Origin: Comamonadaceae bacterium
GTDB lineage: Bacteria > Pseudomonadota > Gammaproteobacteria > Burkholderiales > Rhodocyclaceae
Direction of reading: 5' to 3'
Length of the DNA stretch: 64,000 nt
Assembly (NCBI GenBank): GCA_029255645.1
Contig: JANLJE010000026.1
Location: 136,359 to 200,358 of the forward strand
Within the stretch, counting starts at the first letter, position 1. Every line of letters begins with the position of its first letter. The notes under the pieces were generated by a model. It made no database searches. It was not told the DNA's origin and saw nothing but the letters and a program-made list of their open reading frames with translations. A program made the translations under genes and the position numbers. Shown in pieces: positions 18,902 to 26,968 of this stretch.

Positions 18902-19652
18902 GAGGTTTCAGGCTCAGCAAGGTGCCGTCATCGAACCGGCTCATCCAGCGCGTGTTGCTGCCGGTGCGAACCGGGTACTGCTCCAGCAGAGCATCGACAT
19001 CCACGAGGCTGGTCTCGCGCGCCCAGGTGAGGAACAGGCGCACGGCCTTCACGCTGGCGCAGCAGGACAGCAGTTGCCCGAGCAAGTCCTTGCGGGGGGA
19101 ACGCAGACCATCAAAGAGGTTGCGGGCCTCTTCGAGGCTCTGCTTGACGCCGGCTTCGTACAGCAGTTCCAGAACGGCACGCTCGGAGGCAGCCAGCCGC
19201 AGATCCTCGGGCAGGCCAGGCGGCGTGGTCAGGGTCTTGCCGGCCAGCACCTTGTCCGGCCAATCGAACAGGCGGGCATGGACGTAGCGGGCCGGAAAGC
19301 GCGAGGTGAACCAGGCCGGCAACGCGTAGCGGTTGTCGCCCCACAGCACCAGCGTCTCCCGGCTGCCCAGGTTGTGCCGCACACCCTGCAGGGCCAGGGC
19401 GCTCTTGCCGCCGACGTGCAGGCCGGGCACGCGCTGTTGCAGGAACTTCAGCGCACCGTAGACCCCAAAGTCATCGTTCGGAAAGGCATAGACACCCTGG
19501 GCCAGGCGCACGAGCCAGCCCCCTTCGGCGTAGTAGGCAGCGAGCTGGGGCGACACCCCGAACTGGCTCAGGGTGGCAAGGTCGAACGGCGCCCCGCGGG
19601 GGAGTCCCGCCTGCAGCCGCTTGATTACCTGGTACCTGGAATTTCCATCCAT
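18894..19652 (-). CDS. abiEi: AbiEi-family type IV TA antitoxin / transcriptional regulator (apparently intact)
   Basis: Start taken at MDGNSRYQVIKRLQAGLPRGAPFDLATL (codon 77 of the 328-aa track ORF). 252 aa. Its stop overlaps the abiEii start by 8 nt. Confidence 0.8.
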   Translation of the reverse strand: MDGNSRYQVIKRLQAGLPRGAPFDLATLSQFGVSPQLAAYYAEGGWLVRLAQGVYAFPNDDFGVYGALKFLQQRVPGLHVGGKSALALQGVRHNLGSRETLVLWGDNRYALPAWFTSRFPARYVHARLFDWPDKVLAGKTLTTPPGLPEDLRLAASERAVLELLYEAGVKQSLEEARNLFDGLRSPRKDLLGQLLSCCASVKAVRLFLTWARETSLVDVDALLEQYPVRTGSNTRWMSRFDDGTLLSLKPHG

Positions 19653-19682
19653 GTTGTAGAAATAACACGGAATCCAATCAGC

Positions 19683-19738
19683 CCCTGGAGCCACCGCCCT
19701 GGAGCCACTGCCCTGGAGCCACTGCCCTGGAGCCACTG
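19683..19738. repeat. 4 x 14-bp perfect-to-near-perfect tandem repeat (CCCTGGAGCCAC[C/T]G) 31 nt upstream of abiEi
   Basis: Read directly: units at 19683, 19697, 19711 and 19725. Only the first unit differs (C for T at position 13). Confidence 0.9.
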
Positions 19739-19933
19739 CAAGAACGCGCAGGGAAAATATCATAAAGCATTGATTTACAATGCAAACTCTAATCATCTTC
19801 TTGCGGCCCCAAGCCGACCCGGCTCTGCCAGCCGCAACCCGCCCTTCTGATCGCGGTCCATGCTGGAGGGCAGGCCCCAACGGCTTCGGGCTTTATGACA
19901 AGAGCGACTGGCGCATCGACCCGCTCAAGCCGA

Positions 19934-20314
19934 TCAGCGGCTCGAAGTTGCCATGTGGCCTGTCGGCGCCAAGCCCCAGCCGTAGAGCACGTCCAGGATC
20001 GTGCGGTCGATCCAGCGCGCGAGCTGGAACCAGAAGTCCACGAAGAACAGCGCGAACTGGACGCAGCTCACCATCACCCCCGTCTTCAGGTCATAGGTGC
20101 CGATCCGCAGCACCAGCGGGAGGCAGATGACGAGTGCCCTCTTGAGCATCGTCAGCGCCATCGGCAGCGCCTGACGCACCACGTCCAGCGCGGAAAAGAA
20201 GCCCAGCGAGCCGACGGTCAGACCCAGGTCGCTCGCGCCGCGCGTGTGGTGTCTGCCTTCGAAGATGCCGCGCGAGCCGGCCGAGCGGCGGCTGTGGCGC
20301 GGGATGATCGCCAT
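19934..20314 (-). pseudogene. Fragment of a TraG_N-like ICE mating-pair stabilisation membrane protein
   Basis: The 126-aa ORF contains VRQALPMALTMLKRALVICLPLVLRIGTYDLKTGVMVSCVQFALFFVDFWFQLARWIDRTILDVLYGWG, which resembles the conserved TM core of ICE TraG N-terminal domains. Far too short for the full protein. A coiled-coil relic lies upstream (20335-20415). Confidence 0.4.
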
Positions 20315-20478
20315 CGCCGAGTGCCGGCCAGCAGGTGGCGCAGCTCCCGCTCGGTGTTGCGGTTGTTGAGCTCCTGCTCCACTGCCAGCGCCTGACCCTC
20401 TTTCGTTTCAAGCACTTTTTGCCTGAATCCCTCAGGAATGCAGCGGCAGAGGCGCCGCTTTTGATGGCAGAAGCGCCG

Positions 20479-21921
20479 TTACCAGCCGCCGCCCAGTGCC
20501 AGGAACAGTCCCACCTGGTTGTCCGCCAGTTGCGCTTCGCTGGCGGCCAGGGCGGCCTCGCTGGCGGCCAGGGTGCGCTCGGCATCGAGCGCTTCCAGGT
20601 AGCCGATCCGGCCCATGCGGTAGAGCGCGCGCGCCTGTCCGGCGGCCTCGGCGCTGGCATCGCGCGCGGCTTGCAGATCGGCGCGGCGATCGAGTTCGCG
20701 GGCATAGGCATTGAGCGCAGTCTCGGTCTCGCGCAGGGCGGTGAGCACCGTGGTATCAAACCTGGCCGCCGCGGCGCGTGTGGCGGCCTCGGCCTGGGCA
20801 ACGCGCGCCTGGGCGATGCCGGTATTGGGAATGGTCCAGGTGATGAGCGGCCCCAGGCTCCAGCTGAAGGTGTCGCGCCCGCCGAAATCGCTGCCCGGAC
20901 CGGCCGAGGCCGCCGATAGACCGAGCGTCACCTTGGGGTAGAGATCGGCCATGGCGACGCCGATGCGCGCCGTGGCCTCGGCCAGGCCACGCTCGGCCTG
21001 GCGGATGTCGGGCCGGCGCCGCAGCAGCGCCGCACCGTCGCCCACCGGCAGCGGGCCGGCCACGCGCGGCGGCGTGGTGCACCCGGCCACCTCACGGTCG
21101 AAGTCCTGCGGCAGCACGCCCGTGAGCGTGGCCAGGCGATACAGCGCCCCCTGGCGCTGCGCCAGGAGCGGCGGCAGGGCCGCTTCGAGCTGGCGCAGCT
21201 GGCCCCGGGCGCGCGTGGTGTCGATGATGCTGACGCGGCCGGCGCGCTCCAGACGCTCGCTCACGTTCAGCGCCTCGGCCTGCACCTCGACCGAGCGGCG
21301 CGCGCTTTGCAGGCGCAGGCCGGTGGTGCACACCTCGGCATAGGCGCGCGCCGTGCCGGCGGCCACGTTCACGCGTACCAGGTCGAGCGCGGCCTGGGCG
21401 CCGGCGCTACCGGCCGCAGCGGCCTCGATCGCGCGCGCGATCTGGCCAAACAGATCCACCTGGTAGGAGAGCGATCCACCCAGGCTGTAGTGGAAGGTAT
21501 TGGGCGGCTCATAGTCCGGGCGCAGCATGGAAAGGCCGGAGGCATGGCCGTAGGAGGGTCCGCCGCTCAGCACGAGGGTGGGGCGCTTGCCGCCTGCCAC
21601 CTCGTCTTCGATGGCCTGCATGCGTTCCAGGTTGGCCACCGCCTGGCGCAGGTCGGTGTTGCGCGCGAGCGCCTGCGCCACCAGGCGGTCGAGTCGCGCA
21701 TCCTGGTACAAACGCCACCACTGGGCGGGCAAGGGCTCGGGCGAGAACAGCGCGGCGCCAGCCTGCTCTTCGAGGAAAGGCGCCGCCGCCTGGGGCTGGC
21801 TGGCCAGGGCATCGGCCGGCTGCTGATAGTCGGGCCCGAGAAAGGGGAATAAGCCGCAGGCGCTCAGCAAAGTGGAGGCAAGCAGCGGCGCCAGGCGCTG
21901 GAGAAACTGGCAGGTTGCCAT
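20479..21921 (-). CDS. NodT-family outer-membrane efflux lipoprotein
   Basis: 480 aa from MATCQFLQRLAPLLASTLLSAC (lipobox LSAC). AGGAGG lies 6 nt upstream of the ATG at 21921. Typical OMF repeats (RPDIRQAERGLAEA..., FLALGGGW C-terminus). The 768-aa track ORF is an upstream run-on. Confidence 0.9.
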   Translation of the reverse strand: MATCQFLQRLAPLLASTLLSACGLFPFLGPDYQQPADALASQPQAAAPFLEEQAGAALFSPEPLPAQWWRLYQDARLDRLVAQALARNTDLRQAVANLERMQAIEDEVAGGKRPTLVLSGGPSYGHASGLSMLRPDYEPPNTFHYSLGGSLSYQVDLFGQIARAIEAAAAGSAGAQAALDLVRVNVAAGTARAYAEVCTTGLRLQSARRSVEVQAEALNVSERLERAGRVSIIDTTRARGQLRQLEAALPPLLAQRQGALYRLATLTGVLPQDFDREVAGCTTPPRVAGPLPVGDGAALLRRRPDIRQAERGLAEATARIGVAMADLYPKVTLGLSAASAGPGSDFGGRDTFSWSLGPLITWTIPNTGIAQARVAQAEAATRAAAARFDTTVLTALRETETALNAYARELDRRADLQAARDASAEAAGQARALYRMGRIGYLEALDAERTLAASEAALAASEAQLADNQVGLFLALGGGW

Positions 21922-21932
21922 GCCACGCCTCC

Positions 21933-22871
21933 TCATTGATCGGCTCGGGCCGGCGTGGCCGCGGGGCGGGGCGCGCTGCCTTCCACCACCAGCACGGTGA
22001 CGGTCTGGCCGGCCACGAGGCGCGAGCCTTCGGGCAGCGGATCGAGCTCCACCCGCACGGGAATGCGCTGCGCCAGGCGCACCCAGTTGAAGGTGGGATT
22101 GACGCTGGGCAGCAGGTTGGGGCTGGTGGAGCGGTCGCGGTCGGCGATGCCGGCGGCGACACTGACCACGGTGCCCTGCAACTCGTCGCCGCCCATGGGC
22201 AGGATGCGTACCCGGTCGCCCAAGTGGATGCGCGGCAGCTTGGTCTCTTCGAAGTAGCCTTCGACGTAAAAGGAATGCGCATCGACCAGCGCCAGCGCCG
22301 GATGGCCGGCGGTGGCATAACTGCCTTGGCGCAGTTCGAGGTTGGTGATGAGGCCGTCGGTCGGGGCGCGCACCTCGGCCCGTTCCAGGTTGAGCTGCGC
22401 GGTCTCGAGCGCGACTTCGGTCTGCGCCACGGCGGCGCGGGCCTGCTCGACGCGCGCCTGGGTCTGCTCGCGCGCCTCGCGCGACACCAGCGCGCCCAGG
22501 CCGGCATTGCGCGCATCCTCGCGCACGGCCTGGGCAAGCGTGGTGCGCTGGGCGGCGAGCGCCGCCTCGGCCTGGCGCACGGCCAGGGTGTAGCGGGCAC
22601 GGTCCACTTCGAACAGGAGGGCGCCGGCGGCCACCCGCTGGTTGTCCTGGATCGGCACGGCGGTGACCAGGCCCGACACGTCGGGCGCGATCTGGACGAC
22701 ATTGGCGCGCACCCGGCCGTCGCGCGTCCAGGGCGCCAGCTCGTAGTGATCCCACAGGCGCAGGCCCGCCCACAGGGCGGCGCACAGCACCAGCGCGGTG
22801 ATGAGAAAACGCGGGGCGCGCTTTAGCCGCGCCCGGACGGCTTCGCTCAAGGATGTCATGGAGAATCTCAC
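21933..22871 (-). CDS. HlyD-family membrane fusion protein (AaeA-like)
   Basis: 312 aa. N-terminal TM, then DGRVRANVVQIAPDVSGLVTAV, a coiled coil, and RAPTDGLITNLELRQG. The GTG start overlaps the DUF1656 stop (GTGA); alternative ATG at 22859. Confidence 0.9.
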   Translation of the reverse strand: MRFSMTSLSEAVRARLKRAPRFLITALVLCAALWAGLRLWDHYELAPWTRDGRVRANVVQIAPDVSGLVTAVPIQDNQRVAAGALLFEVDRARYTLAVRQAEAALAAQRTTLAQAVREDARNAGLGALVSREAREQTQARVEQARAAVAQTEVALETAQLNLERAEVRAPTDGLITNLELRQGSYATAGHPALALVDAHSFYVEGYFEETKLPRIHLGDRVRILPMGGDELQGTVVSVAAGIADRDRSTSPNLLPSVNPTFNWVRLAQRIPVRVELDPLPEGSRLVAGQTVTVLVVEGSAPRPAATPARADQ

Positions 22872-23074
22872 TGCAAAAAAGCGCTCAGGCGGCTTACGGC
22901 GTAAAGGAGCAGCACATAGAGCGCGGTATCAAAGAGTGCCGGGTGCCACACCCAGCGGTAAAAGCCGAGGGCCGCGAGCAGCCGGCACAGGCCCCAGGAC
23001 AGCGGCCAGGCGGCGAGCGCCAGCAGCATGATCCAGGGAATATAAATGCCATAGAAACTCACTTCACCGGTCAT
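22868..23074 (-). CDS. DUF1656 small membrane protein (AaeX-like)
   Basis: 68 aa from MTGEVSFYGIYIPWIMLLALAAWPLSWGLCRLL.... ATGA overlap with the FUSC gene stop. Confidence 0.75.
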   Translation of the reverse strand: MTGEVSFYGIYIPWIMLLALAAWPLSWGLCRLLAALGFYRWVWHPALFDTALYVLLLYAVSRLSAFLQ

Positions 23075-25179
23075 GCGGCCACTCCCTGGGAAACGGTGAG
23101 TATCGCGGGCGCCTCGGGGAACAGGTTGCGCCGCAGGCCCACCAGGGCGGTGACGGCCGAACGCCATTCGTGTGAGGCATCGGGCGCCGCCAGCGCGCCT
23201 GCGAGCGCGGCATCGATATCGACAAGAAGGCCGGGCGGCCGGGAAAGCTCGCCTTGCCCTCCTGCCCGGCGGCCAAAGAAGGCGGCAATGTCGGCAAGGA
23301 GCTGCGCGATGGCCGCCGCCGGCAAATGGGCGCGCGTGCGCTGCAGGGTGACGATGTCGGCGCCCAGGCGCAAATCCACCTGGGCGTCATGGGCCACCAC
23401 GCCTTCGACCGTGCCGCCGGCCTGGGCGATGCGCGGCGCCAGCAGGCCGATGCGATCGAGCATGCGCACGGCATAGGCGCTGCCGGCGGCCTCGAGCCGC
23501 GGCGCGCTGGCCATCTCGCTCAGTTCGCGCCAGGTGGCGCGCTGGATGCGCTGCGCGCTCCAGGTCGCCCCCACCGAGCGCACCAGGCGCGTGATGCGCG
23601 CCGCCACCACCACGCCGAGCACCTGCGCGGTGGTGGAATTGATGAAACTGACGAAGTCGGCCGTGCCGGTGTCGTGCAATGCCAGCGTGCCGCCCACGCC
23701 GAACAGCAGCGCCAGGGCGGCCAGGGTGTTGGCCGGCCTGGCCATGTACAAGCCCAGGACCAGAAAGGTGGGGGCGCAGACCAGCACCAGCATGCCGAAA
23801 TCCTGCACGCCCGGCATCAGGATGAGCACATAGACGGCGGAGATGGGCACCGACCACAGGGTAAACTTGAGAAAGCCGTGGATCGCCGGCACCGGGTCGT
23901 CCATGGTCGCGAAAAGACTGCAGAATACCGCCGCCATCATCGCGGCCACCGAGCCCATCGACCAGCCGGTGAGAATCCAGAAAGCGCAGCACAGACTCAC
24001 CGCCAGCATCGCCGCGAACGCAGAGAGCAAAGCCATGCCGCGGTCGAGGTGCAGCTCCCGGCTGCTCAAGGACTTCATGCGCCGCAGGGGCACGGCATCG
24101 CCCTGTAAACCGGCATCCACATGGCGGCGCAGACGGGCACAGGCGCGCCAGCCTTCCACCAGCTCCTCGAGCCGGCCCGCCAGCCCCACCCGCAGGGCAT
24201 GCGGCCAGTCGATCGCGCCCGTCGGCCGGCCCAGGGCGCGGATGGAGGTGCGCAGGGCCTCGAAAGCATTGTCGACTTCGGCATCGGTCGCATCATTTTC
24301 CCCTGCCGCCGCCACGGCCTTGCGCTCCAGCCAGTGATGGATGTCGTCCAGCACGGTCACGACATCCTGCGGCAGGCCGCCTTCGGCCTGTTCGATGGCG
24401 TGCAGGCGGTCTTCCACCGCCGACAGCGTCGGAGTGAGCGCCGCGACGCGGTCCTGCATGGCGCGGATGGCGCCCGCCGTCCAGCGCAGGTGGGTGGTAT
24501 CGAACGGGATGTGGGTGGACAGCAGGCGCAGCTGCGTCAGATCCGCCGCCAGGCGCCGCCGATCGACCGTCAGCGTGCGCGGATTGGCTTCCTCGCCGCG
24601 GCCGCCGGGCTGCACCAGGTCGGTCAGCCAGCGGCGGGTGTCGGCCAGGGTGCGGTCGAGCAGGCCGAGCACGCTGGTCGCCAGCCCCTGGGGCAGCACC
24701 AGGCTGTGTACGAGCGTGGCGCAGAGGATGCCCAGGCCGATCTCCTCCACCCGCGCCACGGCGGTGTCGAACACCTGAGTCGGCATTTCCACCGTGGGAA
24801 AGCCGATCAAGGCCGCGGTGTAGCCGGCCAGCATGGAAACGTAGGAGCGTGGCGTGCGATCGAGGAGCGAGACATAAAGACACCCGGCCACCCACAGCGC
24901 CATCACCAGCGAGAGCAGCTCGGGCGCGTTCGAGAGCAGCGGCACCAGCAGCACCGTGGCTATGCTGCCGATGAAGGTGCCAAGAAAGCGGAACAGCGCC
25001 TTCGAGCGCACCGCGCCGGCAAGCGGGTGCGCCACGATATAGGCGGTCAACAGCGCCCAGAACGGGCGCGGCAGACCGGCGCGATTGGCCAGGTACATGG
25101 CCAGCATCGCCCCGGCGAAGCTTTTGAGCGAAAACAGGATTTCCGCGCGTGTGAAACGCGGCAAGGCAGGCAGCTGCAT
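23071..25179 (-). CDS. FUSC-family efflux protein (AaeB-like)
   Basis: 702 aa from MQLPALPRFTRAEILFSLKSFAGAMLAMYLANRAGLPRPFWALLTAYIV (codon 41 of the track ORF). Two multi-TM halves separated by a cytoplasmic helical domain. Confidence 0.85.
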   Translation of the reverse strand: MQLPALPRFTRAEILFSLKSFAGAMLAMYLANRAGLPRPFWALLTAYIVAHPLAGAVRSKALFRFLGTFIGSIATVLLVPLLSNAPELLSLVMALWVAGCLYVSLLDRTPRSYVSMLAGYTAALIGFPTVEMPTQVFDTAVARVEEIGLGILCATLVHSLVLPQGLATSVLGLLDRTLADTRRWLTDLVQPGGRGEEANPRTLTVDRRRLAADLTQLRLLSTHIPFDTTHLRWTAGAIRAMQDRVAALTPTLSAVEDRLHAIEQAEGGLPQDVVTVLDDIHHWLERKAVAAAGENDATDAEVDNAFEALRTSIRALGRPTGAIDWPHALRVGLAGRLEELVEGWRACARLRRHVDAGLQGDAVPLRRMKSLSSRELHLDRGMALLSAFAAMLAVSLCCAFWILTGWSMGSVAAMMAAVFCSLFATMDDPVPAIHGFLKFTLWSVPISAVYVLILMPGVQDFGMLVLVCAPTFLVLGLYMARPANTLAALALLFGVGGTLALHDTGTADFVSFINSTTAQVLGVVVAARITRLVRSVGATWSAQRIQRATWRELSEMASAPRLEAAGSAYAVRMLDRIGLLAPRIAQAGGTVEGVVAHDAQVDLRLGADIVTLQRTRAHLPAAAIAQLLADIAAFFGRRAGGQGELSRPPGLLVDIDAALAGALAAPDASHEWRSAVTALVGLRRNLFPEAPAILTVSQGVAA

Positions 25180-25183
25180 GACG

Positions 25184-25702
25184 TCAATGGACGGGCAAAT
25201 CCACCGGCGCCCCGGCATAAGGCGCCAGGCCAAACACCGTGGCGCCCAGGCGCTCTTCGAGCACGGCAAAGACGCGCAGGCAGGCGGCCACATCGGCATC
25301 GGCCACCTCTTTGAACAGCGCCGTGCGCAGGGCAGAGAGCGTCTCTTCGATCTGGGCGCAGACGGTAGCGCCGGCCTTCGTCAAATGCAGGGTCTTGGCG
25401 CGGCGATCCAGCGCATCCTCGCGGCGCTCGACGAAACCGGCCTCGACGAGATGATCGAGCGAACGCACCAGCGACGGCGCCTCGATGCCCAACTGTTCGG
25501 CCAGCACCCCCTGGCGCTGCCCGCCGCCCAGGCGGCCGATCATCACCAGCGGCCAGGCGAGCGCCTGCGACATCCCCAAGTGCGCCACCGCCTTGTCGAC
25601 GGCGGCGCGGTAGGCGCGCTGCAGCACCGGCAGCGCCACGGCCACGACCATGAGGGCGGATTCGCGGCTCAATCCTTCGGGGTAGGCAGACATGGCAATC
25701 AT
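25184..25702 (-). CDS. MarR-family transcriptional regulator
   Basis: 172 aa. The wHTH core QGVLAEQLGIEAPSLVRSLDHLVEAGFVERREDALDRRAKTLHLTKAG is classic MarR. It is the first gene of the efflux operon. Confidence 0.9.
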   Translation of the reverse strand: MIAMSAYPEGLSRESALMVVAVALPVLQRAYRAAVDKAVAHLGMSQALAWPLVMIGRLGGGQRQGVLAEQLGIEAPSLVRSLDHLVEAGFVERREDALDRRAKTLHLTKAGATVCAQIEETLSALRTALFKEVADADVAACLRVFAVLEERLGATVFGLAPYAGAPVDLPVH

Positions 25703-25975
25703 TCAAATAGTAAGCGTGCTATCAATTAAACTGGCTTTTGGCGAAGCGTGCAAGGTAAAACGCGCAAGGCAAGAACGCCCTCTTGCGCTCCACCACCGCC
25801 GATGCACGCCACATCGCCTCGTTCACGAACGTTTCGCCAATGCCTCGGCGGGTTTGTTCCACCGCCATTTCCCCGTCGAGAAAATGACGCTCATGCCGCA
25901 GCGCAGCAGAGAAAACTCCGATGTGCCCGGATCGCTGCCGCGGCGCCGTTCCGGTCAATGAGCCCGAAGCGCATG

Positions 25976-26022
25976 GCGCACCCTGAGCGCACCTTGAGCG
26001 CACCTTGAGCGCACCCTGAGCG
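25976..26022. repeat. 4 x 11-bp tandem repeat GCGCACC[C/T]TGA
   Basis: Read directly: units at 25976, 25987, 25998 and 26009, then a partial GCG. Located in the noncoding/relic stretch between marR and the DUF45 gene. Confidence 0.85.
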
Positions 26023-26250
26023 GGCCCGCTGGCCTCGCCCTCAAGATCGCCAACATGGCCATGAAGGACATGCGCGCCTAAGTCAACTCAACCCGGTCGA
26101 CAACAAGAACCCCTTCTGGCAGCGCAACGATCTGGAAATCTACCGCGAGCAGATGAACAAGGTGGTGTTCGCTGCTCAAGAGCAGATCAACAACCGCTCA
26201 ACCAAAGAGCCTGACGTAGACACGAAGTTCCCGCGCATCAACGCAGCTTG

Positions 26251-26964
26251 CTATAACCCCTCGACATCGATTCCGTGCTCGGCCAGCCAGGCCTTGCGCT
26301 GCGCGTAATCGGGCATCACACGCTCCACGCGCCGCCAGAACGCTGGCGTATGGTGCGGCTCATGCAAATGGGCCAGCTCGTGCACCAGCACGTACTCGGC
26401 AATGCGCGCCGGCAGCAGGATCGCCTTCCAGTGAAAGTACAGCCAGTCGCCCTTGCCGCACGATCCCCAGCGGTAGCCCAGCTCCTGCACCTTCACGCCT
26501 GCTGGCGCGACCTCCATGCGCGACTGGTAATCGGCCACCCGGCTCGACAGCCAGGCCCGGCCGCGCTGGCTGTACCAGCGGATGAAGTGCTCGCGCGCGG
26601 CGGGCAGCGCATCGCGGCGCAGGCAGAAGCGGCCCGCGGCCAGCTTCAGCGGCGCGTCCTGCTCGTCCACCAGCTTCAGCCGGTGGCTGCGCCCGAGGTA
26701 CAAAAAACCCTCGCCGCCCACGAATTCCTTGCGCGGCACCGGGCGCTGCAGGCGCTCCTTCTCGGCCAGCCGGGTGTAGATCCAGAAACGCTTTTGCAGC
26801 ACGAAGGCGCGCAGCGTGGCCTCGTCCACCTGGGGCGGGGCCGACAGCACCAGCGCCCCGTCGCGCTCCACGGTGATCTGCAGCGTCCGGCGCCGTGCGC
26901 TGCGGCGCACGTGGAACTGCAGGTCGTCCACCTGAAGCCTGGCCAAGGTCAGCGGGGCGAGCAT
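26251..26964 (-). CDS. DUF45 / M48-like (YgjP-type) zinc metallopeptidase
   Basis: 237 aa. HExxH in YVLVHELAHLHEPHHTPAFW. Lies 4 nt downstream of hsdR, a common type I R-M companion. Confidence 0.85.
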   Translation of the reverse strand: MLAPLTLARLQVDDLQFHVRRSARRRTLQITVERDGALVLSAPPQVDEATLRAFVLQKRFWIYTRLAEKERLQRPVPRKEFVGGEGFLYLGRSHRLKLVDEQDAPLKLAAGRFCLRRDALPAAREHFIRWYSQRGRAWLSSRVADYQSRMEVAPAGVKVQELGYRWGSCGKGDWLYFHWKAILLPARIAEYVLVHELAHLHEPHHTPAFWRRVERVMPDYAQRKAWLAEHGIDVEGL

Positions 26965-26968
26965 CGGC

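Noticed and set aside
19683-19738. CRISPR-like array (also considered for the repeats at 25976, 36962 and 49112)
   Set aside because: The units are 11-14 bp and directly abutting with no spacers, so these are simple tandem repeats, not CRISPR.
20430-20470. Hairpin GCGGC-agaggc-GCCGC-TTTT as terminator of the OMF gene
   Set aside because: The T-run follows the hairpin only on the plus strand, whereas the efflux operon is transcribed on the minus strand. It is not a convincing terminator for it.
20479-22785. 768-aa ORF suggesting a giant fusion protein; likewise 54425..57172 (915 aa) and 58543..60306 (587 aa)
   Set aside because: In each case only the C-terminal part matches a family (OMF, MidA-like methyltransferase, ABC ATPase). 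The upstream part is low-complexity read-through that overlaps well-supported genes in other frames or on the other strand.
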